Counted from the whole stretch's first letter, positions 52,001 to 64,000 are shown. The stretch is 64,000 nucleotides of DNA, filler included, from Sphacelaria rigidula (GCA_964200075.2; 7 parts of 7 records of this genome joined end to end with filler, not necessarily neighbours in it), one strand, 5' to 3'. Program-made: numbers and translations. Notes: generated by a model from the sequence alone, not told the origin.

Positions 52001-53653
52001 CCTGTATGAGGGCCTAGTGATATTCGACGGGTTTGAAAAATTCGGCTTCTATAGTATGGAAACGGGCATGCTTTGGATAGGTATGAATGTCAGCTCGGCA
52101 AGCAGATTCTGCGTTTTGTTCCCGGGCCCAATCGGCGTGGGAGAGAGCAGAGTCAAACATCGGTTGAAGCTTCCACTAAGCATTTGCTCGGGTAATGGTT
52201 TTCATGACACGAAGCGCTAGCCGTTGCTTCAATGGCAGGGCTACCATGTAGCGTATCCTCCGGGGAAACGTTATCGTCGGTTCCGACATCGATTAGCGTA
52301 TCCCATGTGAGAAGTACCGTATGGGTCGGTGTGGGAGCATTGGGAACACCGTCACACCTCAAGAGGCGTCACAGCCAGGGATTTTTCCTGGTAGACAAAG
52401 GTGCGGTAAGCGGGGTCGATTTCATAGGAGCCTTGTGCCGAGGGGGGTCAGGGGGCTCAAGGAAACTGTGGGGTACCAATATTCGGGGTAGGAAGAGGCA
52501 GATGGGGACCAGAACCGGCCAATTATGCGCCTGTCACTTCGTGTTTGGTATGTGATTTCTCAGCTTCCCATGGTGAAGTGAATAACTTGCGGTAATAATA
52601 CCAGTAAACTTTTTATTTCCGCACATGAGCTCGATATCTCGAACCCGCGGTCACAGATTTAGGCTGGTCTTTCCAATGCCGTCCCTATTATTCCTTACAA
52701 GAGATGGAGTTCTCGTCGTTTCTTCTGAGACTCCAGAAAAAACAAAAGCAAAGCAAACAAACAAACAACATGGCACCAAACAAACAAACAAGAGATGCGT
52801 CAAGAGAAACAGAAACGAAATAGCTTCCCCCGACTTCATCAGTGTGAGGTGAAAACAAACCCCGTAGATCTGCCAATGAAGTGTACGGAAGAAAAAGGGA
52901 AAGAAATATGCTTATGGTGTCAACTTGAACAAAACCTAGCGACCGTGCGTTCTTTGGTCACTGGTTTTCGGGAGTCGATCAGGTCGCAGGAAAACCGATA
53001 CCAACGGTATAAGCCATACCCGCTTCTGAGGAGACTGATGTGCTTATTCTTTATTCTGTTACTTCCACTTCAGCGTGGGGACGATTACTCGTCACCTCAG
53101 GGCATGATATGACCGATACTCGATGCCGTGATGGGAAGAGAGTACTTGGTGTCGTGTTCAGTTTTAAGGGATGTGAGCGACGTAACCTCGATGCTTTGCA
53201 AACCGAGTTTTTGTTGGTTCTTATTCCGGTTCATGAGGTATTTTGGTTTTCGATTCTTGTATATCATCATCTATATTTATTTCCTTATTTTTATATTGTC
53301 GAAAGTGGTCATCACTTTCTTGAAAAAAAAAATGAATAAGGATTGTTGCAACAATGGCCAGATTTGAGTCACTTATCGAGAAGCAGTTTTGTCCCACTCG
53401 AAGCTCAGATCTGCACACAGGTTCAGAAATGCAGCGGTTCTGGGAGCGGTCGTTAGTCCAACATATCTGTACACAATACGCAACAGGGTAACATGACCCC
53501 TACACACCGAGCCCCGAAAAAACACGCAGACACGCGCCACTCACGTGCATTAGCAGCAGCGCTAGCTCGTGCTCGTCTACACACGGCAGTCTTCGTTTGA
53601 TGAAAATCCATCCAGAAGAGGAGGAAAGGCGGCCGCGTACGTGTCAAAAAATA

Positions 53654-54004
53654 CACACGCGGCCATTTGGCTCCCCCCTAAATTCCCCCAGGTCGGTCAA
53701 ATTTCGAGCTTTCAAAGGAAATAAACGCCTCCGGAGGAGTGCGCGGCCCTCCAGAGGAGATTTTTTTGTTTCCTCCAGAGGGATTAAACGCCTCTGGAGG
53801 CTTGTTCTTGCCTCTGGGGGGCCGCGCATCTCTCCGAAGGCATTTTTCTACCCCAAATTCCTCCGGGGGGGTGCGCGGCCGTCCTGGTCGGTACTGTATG
53901 GTTTCCTCCGGAGGCATTGAAGGCCTCCGGAGGCTTGTTTGGCCTCTGGAGGACCGCGCATCCCTTTGGAAGCATTTGGGGGGGTAGCCAAATGGCCGCG
54001 TGTT
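53654..54004. mobile_element. MITE with TA flanks and internal CCTCCGGAGG-type palindromic subrepeats
   Basis: TIR ACACGCGGCCATTTGGCT.CCCCC / GGGGG.AGCCAAATGGCCGCGTGT; TA at 53652-53653 and 54005-54006. Confidence 0.82.
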
Positions 54005-54124
54005 TAACAGCTGAAATCGTGTCATTGTTGATTTGTGCGCGTGTGCCGTACGCGCGCGTCTCACGCAAAAACGACCGTTTCTCACTGAAGGATCAACAGC
54101 CCGCGCGCAAAAACTCGTCTCTCC

Positions 54125-54555
54125 GACACTTTCTACGATAGCCCCCCCCCCCCCCCCCCCCGCCCCCGCGCACCAACCCGACCACGAAAAGTAGCAACAC
54201 AGGAACGAAAGAGTCGCCGACGGNNNNNNNNNNAACAAGAACCTATTTCCCGATAAGGAGCACCAGCCCACCCCGCAAAACCCATCCTTCCAACCCCTTT
54301 TCGTGTGTTCCCCCCCCCCCCCCCCCCCCGGAACCAGCCCAAAACGGTCACAAAGAAAGTGGTCATACAGCGCCTGATGTTTGATGCCAGGCTGCATGAA
54401 GCGCCTCATATGGGCGACATTGGCGAAAACGAATCATAGCGCGGGAATTCCCAGTTGCTCGTTGTACTTGGGTGCTTTCATTTCAATTCAGGTGTAGATT
54501 TTGTCCCCCCAAACCAGCGACGTTTGGGGGGGGGGGGGCTATCGTAGAAAGTGTC
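54125..54555. mobile_element. MITE with a 4-bp TSD (CTCC); interior inflated by a 10-N gap
   Basis: Perfect TIR GACACTTTCTACGATAGCCCC / GGGGCTATCGTAGAAAGTGTC; CTCC at 54121-54124 and 54556-54559. Confidence 0.85.
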
Positions 54556-54816
54556 CTCCCCGAATTTTCAAGAGGTTTAGGCGAGGTCACGCACAACGTG
54601 CTCAGCCGATGGGCAGCTAGGTGGATCGAGCTGTGTGTTTTGGTGGTAGCAGGGGCAACGCGATCCTCAGGTTCACGTTTCACATGTCGAGTTGCCTGTC
54701 AAGCCTTTGCATATGCCCTGTCAACGGGACATTTGTGATCCCATTCGAAATGTAACAAAACAACTTCCACAAAAGTGATTTGGAGGCACTTGTTTTTCGG
54801 GATGGGGGGGGGGGGG

Positions 54817-54896
54817 GGTACTCATGACCATGCATGCTATGGTCATCAGGCCATTGACCTCGCTTCCCTGCAAAGCCGGGACGGAGCACGCCGGGG
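54817..54896 (+). repeat. 5' part of the G-tract-associated repeat, cut by the contig end
   Basis: Poly-G then TACTCATGACCATGCA...CCATTGACCTCGC...GGACGGAGCACGCCGGG. Confidence 0.85.
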
Positions 54897-54996
54897 NNNN
54901 NNNNNNNNNNNNNNNNNNNNNNNNNNNNNNNNNNNNNNNNTTAATTAATTAANNNNNNNNNNNNNNNNNNNNNNNNNNNNNNNNNNNNNNNNNNNN
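54897..54996. other. Artificial contig linker
   Basis: Same N/TTAATTAATTAA/N structure. Confidence 0.97.
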
Positions 54997-55090
54997 AACC
55001 CCTTCCCTCGCTCTTTCGGCTCTCTTTTGCTCCACTGCTGTATTTGTCTGATATATACATGCATGTATGTTTCTTCTCGGCATGTAACAG

Positions 55091-55181
55091 CGATGCGGAG
55101 GTGTTTTGCCGCGCCGTGATGGAGCGCATGCTAATCCCGCCGCGCCAGAGTTCTGGTTCGAACAATGCCGGAGACCATGAA
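55091..55181 (+). CDS. UBR1/PRT6-like E3 ligase, internal exon
   Basis: AACAG acceptor, GTGAGA donor, phase-0 end in frame with the next exon. Confidence 0.6.
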
Positions 55182-56055
55182 GTGAGAAGATATTTCAGTA
55201 GTCAAGTTCCCACCAGTATGTTTTCTGTTCGCGTCTTCCCCTCCCGTAATATATCGTTGTTGAATCTGTTTGATCGAGTGAAACCTTCGGTGATCCATTT
55301 TTTTTATTCGACGTTGCCATAGGTCGGCATTGCAGCCCGAAGTGCGGCCGAGTACACGCACACACATATATATGTGAACAAAAGGTGGTCAATAGTTGCA
55401 ATAGACCTAAAATGTAATGCGTGAAGTATAGGCCTATTCTTTACTCACTACATTTTTTGTCTATCGCAAATATTGACCATACATATAGTGTCCAGGGTGA
55501 TATATATATATATATATATAAATATATATTTAGGGGACTCTGGTTGAGTGTACTATCCACCTCCTGCAGTTTGTATTTGACATGAGTAGGATTTTGTCAA
55601 AACTTGTCAAAACTCTGTATTCTGCGAAATTGCGTCAAGAATCATTTCGAAGGTGATGTAGAAATCGCCTCAACTGAAGAAAATCGAAGAAACAGGCATC
55701 TGACGTTGTGTACATACACACATACTGCCAGGTCCGTGGCGTATCAATGGAGGTGCGGTAATCAGTCAAATGCATGTCCTGTACTCACCCTGTGTTGGCA
55801 CTTTTGCTTTTGCGTTTTTGCTTTGTAGCTGATTTTTTGTTTTTTGCTGTTCTTTCATTTTTTTCTCGTGCCCGGCGCTCCGTTCTCATATTTCTGCTCC
55901 TGAATCAAGGACAGCAAGGTATGATGTAATGTGCTCGTCATCGTGTGTACTAATTTATATATATTGTCCTGTCTTTTTTCATGTCGATTGAATGAAACCT
56001 GCACGTACCTGTATGTATTTCGGGACGGTTTGAAATTTCGCTTCCTTGTGGGCAG

Positions 56056-56223
56056 GCGGAGGCGGCGAGCGGGCACCGTCAGCGCAATTTGTGGGGAGAA
56101 CTGGATGACGCAGGACCATCAGCCGGCGGCAGTGCTGTTGGCGACGGAGAGGGTAGCGCTAGTGGGCCGTCTGGGCAGCCAGCCGGCGCCGTGAGCGTAC
56201 TTGACCTGTTGCTGGAAATCAAG
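56056..56223 (+). CDS. UBR1/PRT6-like E3 ligase, internal exon (AEAASGH...SVLDLLLEIK)
   Basis: GCAG acceptor, AAG|GTAAGT donor, 168 bp, phase 0-0. Confidence 0.75.
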
Positions 56224-56384
56224 GTAAGTGCTGCCGCGTTACGAGCGCGTTGATCCGACACTTATTGAAGGGAGGAAGAAATATATATATATATATTTTC
56301 GTTCAGTAGCACTAGTACTAGTACTCTAGTAGTAGTAGTGGGAGTAGTAATACTAGTATTAGCACTAGCTCTAGCACTTCCCCC

Positions 56385-56385
56385 G

Positions 56386-56453
<68 letters not shown>

Positions 56454-57300
56454 GCACAGAGGGAACTGTAGCGGTACCACAGCAAACCGTTCCTTAGAAT
56501 TGCACGCCTAGGTCCAGGCTGTCATGTGCACATGATGAACCTTTCCTCTACAATCCGGCATCGTCCGAGAACATCCTGGGAAACCTGCATCCACGATGTC
56601 GCGTTTATTCCGACTTCGACGCACAATTCCGTGACACTGTGTTGTAGGCGTCTCGCTGGTCAGCCTGTTTTCGTCTTCCCTACGACCATTACCCCACATG
56701 ACGATGTTGGGGAGGCGCTCGACGTGCATGCGCACGACTCGGCCGGCGTGTAGGAGGATGAGCCTCATTGCCGTAGCTTGGATACACTCGCAGCCAGTGT
56801 TTCGGTTCTTGCGAGGACCTTGCGGTATAGCAGCATGTGGTGGTCGGGAGCACTGCGGCTTGAGATATGCTTGTAGAGGCACCTCAGCAGGAATCCGCGG
56901 TAGGCTTCCCGCAACGTGCCGCACTTGTCGAGCGCGATATTCCAGGTCACGCGGCCGTGTATCGTGATCTCGACCACTACTGCCTTCAGAAAATGAACCT
57001 TGGCGGCCAGTGCGATGTCCTGGTTGTATACCGCTGTGGTGGACTCGTCGAAGCACTTCCACGCCTGGCCAATGCTGGTGTTGACCTCGGAGACGGCATC
57101 GCCTATGCTACTGATTTTTCCGCCGAGATAGATTAAATACTCAACTTTCTCGTATCTTTGGCCTGCCGCTCCACGTCGACCACATCCACCCCCATGTATG
57201 GCGAGCGCGTGTGCATTGTTTCCGTCTTTTTTCCCGCCACGCCGAGACCGAACGCCGATCAGAGCTCGACGATGGCCATCATCATCTTTGCCAGGCTTAC
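56385..57300 (-). mobile_element. RTE-type non-LTR retrotransposon, 5'-truncated, intronic and antisense, with a (GTA)n tail
   Basis: AFGLGVAGKKTETM and YEKVEYLIYLGGKIS...EVNTSIGQAWKCF...KVHFLKAVVV...TW resemble the RT thumb and C-terminus of RTE elements; (TAC)n at 56385-56451 lies at the 3' end. Confidence 0.85.
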
Positions 57301-57328
57301 CTCTCCCCCCTCCGCCCTCCCCCCCTCT

Positions 57329-57638
57329 AGATGGTGAGACACCCATGAGGCAGTGTAAAAGACGTGGCTATCTCTGGAAGTGACGATAACAGAAAATAAA
57401 GCAACTCATTGTTGGCTGTCATCCGAATGCAAGAGAATCAGTAGGCCTCGGGCCGAACAATCTTAGCAGGATGCAGCTCACCCTTCATGCGACTCGCTCG
57501 CCCAACACACCACGGCTCTTCGCGCTTGGTGATTGAGTGCGAGCCTGGTTCGGCGAAAACCCGGCGTGCTCCGTCCTGGTTTGTAGGGATGCGAGGTCAA
57601 TGGTCTTATGACTGTGGCATGCGTGATCATGAGTACAC
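57329..57638 (-). mobile_element. Complete ~310 bp G-tract-associated element with a 14-bp direct flanking repeat
   Basis: CCCTCCCCCCCTCT at 57315-57328 and 57639-57652; the body joins the partial copies seen at four contig or window ends. Confidence 0.8.
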
Positions 57639-57894
57639 CCCTCCCCCCCTCTCTCCCCCCTACTGCTTTCATATTTTTGATCAAGATATCCAACCCTTGA
57701 TTGACGCACGCAGACCGACCATGCCTAAAGAATCAATGACTCCAATAATTGAACGTACGACTGTGTACGCATATCCTCCTCACTATGCGCACATTTACGT
57801 TCGTCTCACCTCCTCCCCCGCCCTTTCTTCTCCTCCCCCGTCCTTTCTCCTCCTCCCCCTCACAATCGCATGCACCTGGCTTATCCGGCAATAG

Positions 57895-58668
57895 GCATCG
57901 CCATGGGTCCAGATAGACAAAGCAGTCGCCCCTGGCGTAGCGTGGCTCCTCGATCGATTGCGACACCTTAGTCCGAACTGCGGAGCCGCAATAGCGGCTG
58001 CCGGAGCCCCGGAAGCGCTCGATTATGGTTCGGCATCGCGCGGCGGCGCCGGCGGCGCCGACTCAAGGAGCGGTGCTCCAGGGGGAGAGGGCGGGGGGGG
58101 GGGTGGGAAAGAGATAGGGGGCGGAGGAGGCGGTTCTGGCGGCGGGGCTATGGATATAAAGACTAGGAAAGCGGCCGCTCAGAAACGCATGATGGATATG
58201 ATGCAGCAGAAAGCGAAGGCGTTTGTGTTGGCCATGGAGGTCATGGGCAGTAGTTCGGACGAAGATGGTGGTGATGCTGCCGATGCCGGTGCTGCTGATC
58301 CTAGTACCGATCATGATCATAGTGAGGGTGCGGCTGGAGGAGGGGGGGTGGAGGGTGCCTGGGAGCTTGTCGCTGATGGGGACAGCGATGGCGGCGGCGG
58401 TACTGATGAGTCCGCTGGGAAAGTTGCCGGCGTAGGTACAGATTCAGGGACGAACAATGTTGTTGGTCAAGTTGGGGCGGGGAGCGCGGGAGGACGGCGG
58501 CGGGCCGCCGCGGGTCTGAGAAGAGCGGTATCCTCGCCCGAAAAGCCCGTGTGTATCGTATGTCGCGAGGTGACGGATGCTCCCCTGGGGTACATTGGGT
58601 TCGGTCAGCGGTCTTGTGTCCTGGACGGGGGCAAGATTGAGGCGAAGGCGTCGAAGGTGCACTTACAG
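57895..58668 (+). CDS. UBR1/PRT6-like E3 ligase exon with the first half of the split RING (CIVC)
   Basis: RKAAAQKRMMDMMQQKAKAF helix typical of the UBR1-3 pre-RING region, then CIVCRE...LGYIGF...VHLQ; TAG acceptor and CAG|GTGTGT donor. Confidence 0.88.
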
Positions 58669-58912
58669 GTGTGTATCTTTGCGTGCGTGGCTGTGTGTGC
58701 TGGTGCATACTAGTTCGGTCTGGCGGAGGGTGGCCGTTACGTGTGCGACCAGCTAGTACCGTTTCAGTGTTTTTGTTGTCCTTTGATGTACTTATATTTT
58801 TGTAGTGGTTTGTGGTTTCAATGTGGAAATACTATTTTGTCACTACGCGTTTTGCTTGTCCTTTTCCCGAGACTTCATGATGAAATGATCTATATACTGC
58901 AGGCATTCTTGA

Positions 58913-58946
<34 letters not shown>

Positions 58947-59269
58947 GGCCAGCAAGTTTTTTTTGTCTTTTTTTTTTCGTCTTTTGCAATCGGCTGATGT
59001 TTTCCCGGAGAGATCGTTCCAGCATGTGTCGCACGAACCAACGGATGGACGCACACCCGAGTCTTGCGGGGATTTTTCCAGACGAACATGATGCCAATGC
59101 AACACACGCGTGGACACCTAAACGTCGAAAGTGATGAAAAACAGAAAGCCTCGCGCGTTCTCCAATCTGTAGCACCCCATCATCTTCCCACCCGGTGCCG
59201 CGCTCAAACCAACCTGAAACAACCCCCCCCTTCCCCCCGGTGCACATTCTTTTCAATTTCACCCGCCAG

Positions 59270-59575
59270 TTCTGTGGCCATGCGCTGCACTACCCGTGCT
59301 TCGAGCAGTACTTCTTGACCGTGGTGCGGGGGTCCGACATCTACACCAATAGGGCCATTGACGTGGAGAGCGGAGAGTTTCACTGCCCGCTGTGCAAGGC
59401 CGTGGGGAATCTCATGGTTCCCTACTGTGCGCCGGAGGTAGATGTGGACGTGAAAGGGGGAACAGAGAGGAGGGTGGCGGATGGGGCGACGGAAATGGAA
59501 ACGGAATCGGAAACGGAAATGGTGGTGGATACGCACGTGTCTGGACTGGGAGAAGAGGAGGGAGGAAAGCAGCAG
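59270..59575 (+). CDS. UBR1/PRT6-like E3 ligase exon with the second half of the RING-H2
   Basis: FCGHALHYPCFEQY...D.ESGEFHCPLCKAVGNLMVP matches the UBR1/2/3/PRT6 RING signature; phase 0-0. Confidence 0.9.
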
Positions 59576-60952
59576 GTGAAGCAGGAGGCACGGGGAGTGT
59601 GATTGGGGGGGAGAGTTAACTTCATAATTTCAACAGTGGCATGTACCGTGTGGTTAATGAGAGTCCCCGCCCCCGTTCCCACCTTCATGAGACGGTGGCT
59701 TGAAACGTATTCCGTTTCATTACTCTCGTGCTGTACCTACCCCTTATTCTGTAGGGTTGCGGGGTGCGCATCGCGGGGATATATTACATCAGTCGTGTGT
59801 CTCACGCTTCTCGCGCAAGCTCCGCTGTGATATTCCATCGACCCCCGCATTTGCCCGCGAGACTTTATTTGACCCTAGCTTGGGGTAGTTATTTGCCTGT
59901 GACCACGGAAAGCATCCGCATCAGATGCTCAGTACAGAGTACTGCGCGGATATCGGAAGGGTTTTTGATGTGAAGACAACCACAACAACAACAACAAGTG
60001 CCGTTTGGGTTCTGGTTCGGGAAACTACTCTAGTACTGTAGCTACCTACCTTCATACCCCTCATCTCGTAAATGGAAGATAAGTTGTGCAGCTATCTCCT
60101 CTTCGTTGCCAATTTTATTGGGTGTCAACTCTGGATTGTGTGGGGAAGAAAATTAAGGGGCACACAAAGAGCTTGCAGGGATGGTTGGGCGCACGTCGAT
60201 ACGCCTCGGGTTTTTTTTTTCTTCATCGCCCCCAAACTCGTAGGCTGTGAATATATTGGGAGCGTTTGCTGTGTTTGCCCCGGCAATGAATTCTGTGTAT
60301 CTCAGATGTGTTGATGATTTTTCATGTTACCTGCCAACACATACTGCGTTGTATGCATTTGCAGACACTTTTCGGCATCCGTTGTTCATGAGTCACTCCC
60401 GAACTCGTGCTCCCACACGCTGGCCTCATGTGGTGGAGATTTGAGGCTGACACCTGTTTCATGTTTTTTGGTGTGAAGTCATCAACAGTGCTTGCTTAGT
60501 GTAGTTTCTTGTCCTCAATGTTCGGTGTGTGTATGTATGTGTATGCAATGCTGGATGCATCATACCAGTACACATGGCGAGCAGTTTGCTGGGCATATCG
60601 TGGGTATGTTGTTTGGGTCTCGTGTGAGTTTTTTTTGTGTTTGTCTCAATCCGGTTCGTTGAACCTCCATGCGTATCAATCTACTATACATACGTTTTGG
60701 CCAACACACTTTCTCGAGTTTCCGTTCTTGAGTGCTTTCCCCGTCGCTTTCATCTGTACCTCAGGTACATGTATGTTGTGACCGCCATGGCTGGATCCCA
60801 ATTTGATTGCTCAACGTGCGACGATGGAATCAATCGATTGAGCGATCAATCTATCGAATCAAGCAATTTAATCAGGCGACACCTTGCAACGTCGCCGGGG
60901 CACTGCGTTTTGTTGTTCCTTTCGTGCGTTACCCCCGCCGCCGCTGCACCAG

Positions 60953-61159
60953 GGGAAACCTAGCAAAGGTTGTTGGCACGAAACCGAGGCCGCGCTTTCC
61001 CTCGAGAAAGCCCTCGCGAAAGTGTCATCGACGACAGCAGCAGCAACAGCAACAGCAGCGTCGTCAGGAGATGCACGAGGAGCAGGAGGAGGAGAGGGAT
61101 CGAAGTCAGAATCGTCGCAAGACCCACCGTTCGAGCTGTCCATCAAACAGTTTTTGGAG
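60953..61159 (+). CDS. UBR1/PRT6-like E3 ligase, internal exon (GKPSKGCW...SIKQFLE)
   Basis: CCAG acceptor, GAG|GTTGGT donor, 207 bp, phase 0-0. Confidence 0.7.
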
Positions 61160-61199
61160 GTTGGTATATAGATACGAGTATATATGTGTGTTTTGTATG

Positions 61200-61556
61200 T
61201 GCTGTCGTCCCTTGTATTTTGGACGCGGGTCTACACCTTTCGGTATATATGGGCGCACCAGCCGGGGTCAAACAGAAGAAAGGCCAGTTGACACATAAGT
61301 TTTTCCTTTTTTTGTTTGTTTGAGTTCTCCACCTTCCTTCTGCAGTGCTTGCCTTCCCTGTTTTTACCGCGAGAGGGGTTCAGCACTCCCCTTCCTCGTT
61401 GACCATTAAGTCGACTTTTGTGTACCCACGGCATGGTCGCTCTCCATTGTTGAGCATTGTGTGAGAAGAAATCGCAGATCGCTCCGAGATTCGAAGCAAC
61501 AATCCAACCGTCAGAGGGTTTCAAAGTTACCAACTGAGCCACCGGGGCGACCGGCC
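61200..61556 (-). mobile_element. tRNA-derived SINE-like element (intronic)
   Basis: Head with A box GTGGCTCAGTTGGTA and B-box-like GCTTCGAATCTC; body shared with 4440-4700. Confidence 0.75.
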
Positions 61557-62257
61557 ACATGTATATGTATATATATATACATGCATATATGCAAGTGCGA
61601 AAGGGTAGCAGGACAGATTTCTGTTTTGAAGACACACGTGCTCACACACATACACGGCAGGATATCGCTCCCCCCCGTATGTTTCGCGGAACGTTCTCGT
61701 TGAACGGACGTTCCGTCTCCTCGGTTCATCATCGATCCCTTCAAACAGACCATGGTCATGATCTGAAGATGAATGAGACCACAAGTCAGCCCCGCCCCGT
61801 CACTTCCCCTCTGTTCTGTACCCGATTCCAAATTTACACACAAACCGAGTATTGTCACCCAAGAAGGAACACGCTGCCTTGTCTCCGTGGGTCATCCCGC
61901 AATATTTCTGTAATGCGTCACCCGCCACAGCAATAAATATTGTAATCTGCAGTATATAAAGAAGAAACCAAGCGTTAAACTATTTCAGATATATTGATGT
62001 ATATATACGTGCTGTATTTATCATGTACCTTGCAAGCTTTCTCCAAGGAATGCCTTCGCATGTTAACCTTGGGTATTGTACGTGTTTCTATATTAGTGGC
62101 CACGGCTGCGTCCATGGGGCGGATGAGTTCATGCAAGACAATCCAACAGCCAAGCCATATATATCTCAATAAACCCATCACCCAAGCCCCCCTTTCCCCC
62201 TTCCCCCATCTTCTCCTGGCCTACGTATTAACCTTGACCCAAACCCGTTAAAAATAG

Positions 62258-62554
62258 TCCATTTTTGAGGTGAAGAGCGACGTACGTCCGGCAAGCAAAA
62301 ATGCTGCTCCCGAGGAGCTTTTCATGAGCGGCTGCTCCGCGCTAGCGTACTCGGCTAGTGCGGTGATTGCAGCCACCGCGGCAACCGATTCAGGGGGCCA
62401 AGGTGACGAGGCGGCCAGCACCAGCGGAGGCGGCGGCGGTGGAGTATTAGTATCCGCAGTGGGTAATGTTGGAGAAATTGCCCGTCGGCGTTTCCTCGGG
62501 AAGGTAGTCACAGCGCTCCGGAGAGCCGCGGGCCAGGCTGGTGTGGGGGAAAAA
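62258..62554 (+). CDS. UBR1/PRT6-like E3 ligase, internal exon (SIFEVKSD...AGVGEK)
   Basis: TAG acceptor, GTGAGT donor, 297 bp, phase 0-0. Confidence 0.68.
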
Positions 62555-64000
62555 GTGAGTGAAGTGAAGGTTTGAAAAAAAAATGTGGACAAAAAAGATG
62601 GATACATGGACTGTCTCGTCAAATATTATTTGTTGATGCACATGTAGTGTGTGCGTCGTTAAATTTATGCCGGTAGGTACATGCGTGTTGTAGGAAAATG
62701 AGTAAGGCCAAGTTGTATTCGTAGAAGTCAAATTCCATAGCGTTTCAGAAGACGCAAACGAGTCTTTTTCATCAACATGTGCTATTGTGCTCGTGGCGGG
62801 TGGACGGAAATGAGCACCGCCAAAACAGGGTGTCCGCCGCCTTCGCTCTACTCGTTGGGAACGGAGATTTCGGGGGCAGGACGTGGAAGCAAGTTCCGTT
62901 TTGAAAGTCTGGGAAAGAACGCGGCATTCCCCTCATCGTCCGTTCTCGTGAAATCTTAGCCGTTTGCGATATATGGATGCTTGAAGTTGAAAACCCATGA
63001 AATTTGGCTGGCGGTGCGGCGGGAGCAGAGCAGCATCCTGACCTGTCAGATGCCTCCACAAGACTTGAGGACAGTTGTTTCATTTTGAACTGTGGCCTTT
63101 ATATTTATAGTGTGACAGCTCTTGTCCTCAAAGTTCAGACGTACAATCGGTTGCTGAAGAGAAACAGAATAAATGCAACAAAGATACAGCACCCTTTTTC
63201 ACCGACAAGGTCGAGAAATTGATCGGAAATTGCTTGAAACTGGGTGCTACTGACACTTTCTGAACGGCCAACAAAGCTGACCAACCTAATCCCAAAGCGT
63301 ATGTGTTTGTTGTCGCAGATTTTCGAGGTACGCACCCGTCCCATACTCGCCTTTAATTTGCGCTGTATGTTAGTTGCATGGGTCCCCATACACGTCGAGA
63401 AAGACCGTTCCGAAAACGGCTTGAAATCCTCCCTGAAAAAAGTTGTAGCAGTGGAACACGCCAGGCCTAACTCGATGCCAGAGCATTTCTTGGTGGGAAG
63501 TGGAAAGCCAGGACGCTCGAGTAACATTCTGTTCCCACGGAGGCCTAGCTCCTGCTGGCGTTGTGTTGGTGCGCTCTGGTTGCAAAGTCCAAGCGCGTAA
63601 AAATAGTATGGCGCACACACATAGATTGGTAGTCCTAGAGACGAGGATTCGCTTGTCGGGGACCACATAGCTAGAAAGCTATTGGTCGTAGAGTATGACT
63701 TGTCGTGATGTCGTCGAGGGGATCAGAATCACGAATCGCTAACAACGCCGCCGAGAAACTGGCTGGTACCCAAAATTTGATGCGCTGTGCTTTGTTGTTC
63801 TGTGCCTAGATCGGTTCTATTTATTTTAGTGTATCGTAAGCGAAGCTTGATTCACATATATTTCCTATTTTGTGTCATGTTTCACTGACCTGTTTTTGTA
63901 TCTTGTACACGTGGTGTCGTGTTGTGTCATGTATAGTAGTCAGCGTCAGAAGTTTTCAGAAGTCGTAGTTGTCCTTTTTTCTGAGTTTTTCTGGAGTACC

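Noticed and set aside
54140..54340. Duplicated start of the MITE around a 10-N gap
   Set aside because: Same homopolymer and gap artefact
61480..61556. Possible tRNA gene
   Set aside because: A and B boxes are present but no convincing cloverleaf; it continues into a dispersed repeat body, so it is treated as a SINE head
62772..63668. ORFs of 100-177 aa after the last UBR exon
   Set aside because: No recognisable motifs or convincing splice sites; left unassigned

Overview
Eukaryotic, repeat-rich nuclear DNA. The long GT-AG introns, GC-rich exons and repeat style suggest a brown alga or other stramenopile, but this is inference. The window is not one locus: it is seven ~9.07 kb contigs, apparently sorted by length, joined by 100-nt N/TTAATTAATTAA/N linkers, so no adjacency across linkers is meaningful. 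Host genes: six internal exons of a UBR1/PRT6-type N-degron E3 ligase (55091-62554, +), a single-pass membrane protein gene fragment (14181-16452, -), and a gene fragment of unknown function (5031-5888, -). Mobile DNA: a Ty3/Gypsy integrase-chromodomain relic, Ty1/Copia gag-protease relics, an RTE-type LINE 3' fragment, a hAT transposase pseudogene, tRNA-derived SINE-like repeats and several MITE families with readable target-site duplications (TSDs). The most striking feature is fold-back structure at every scale: an ~8.1 kb inverted duplication carrying Copia sequence, a hAT transposase whose core is replaced by an inverted copy of its own downstream coding sequence, about eight smaller palindromic elements and an array of hairpin units. 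A ~310 bp repeat also appears to target G-tracts. No CRISPR array, rRNA or intact tRNA was seen. Identity values are estimates from alignment by eye.
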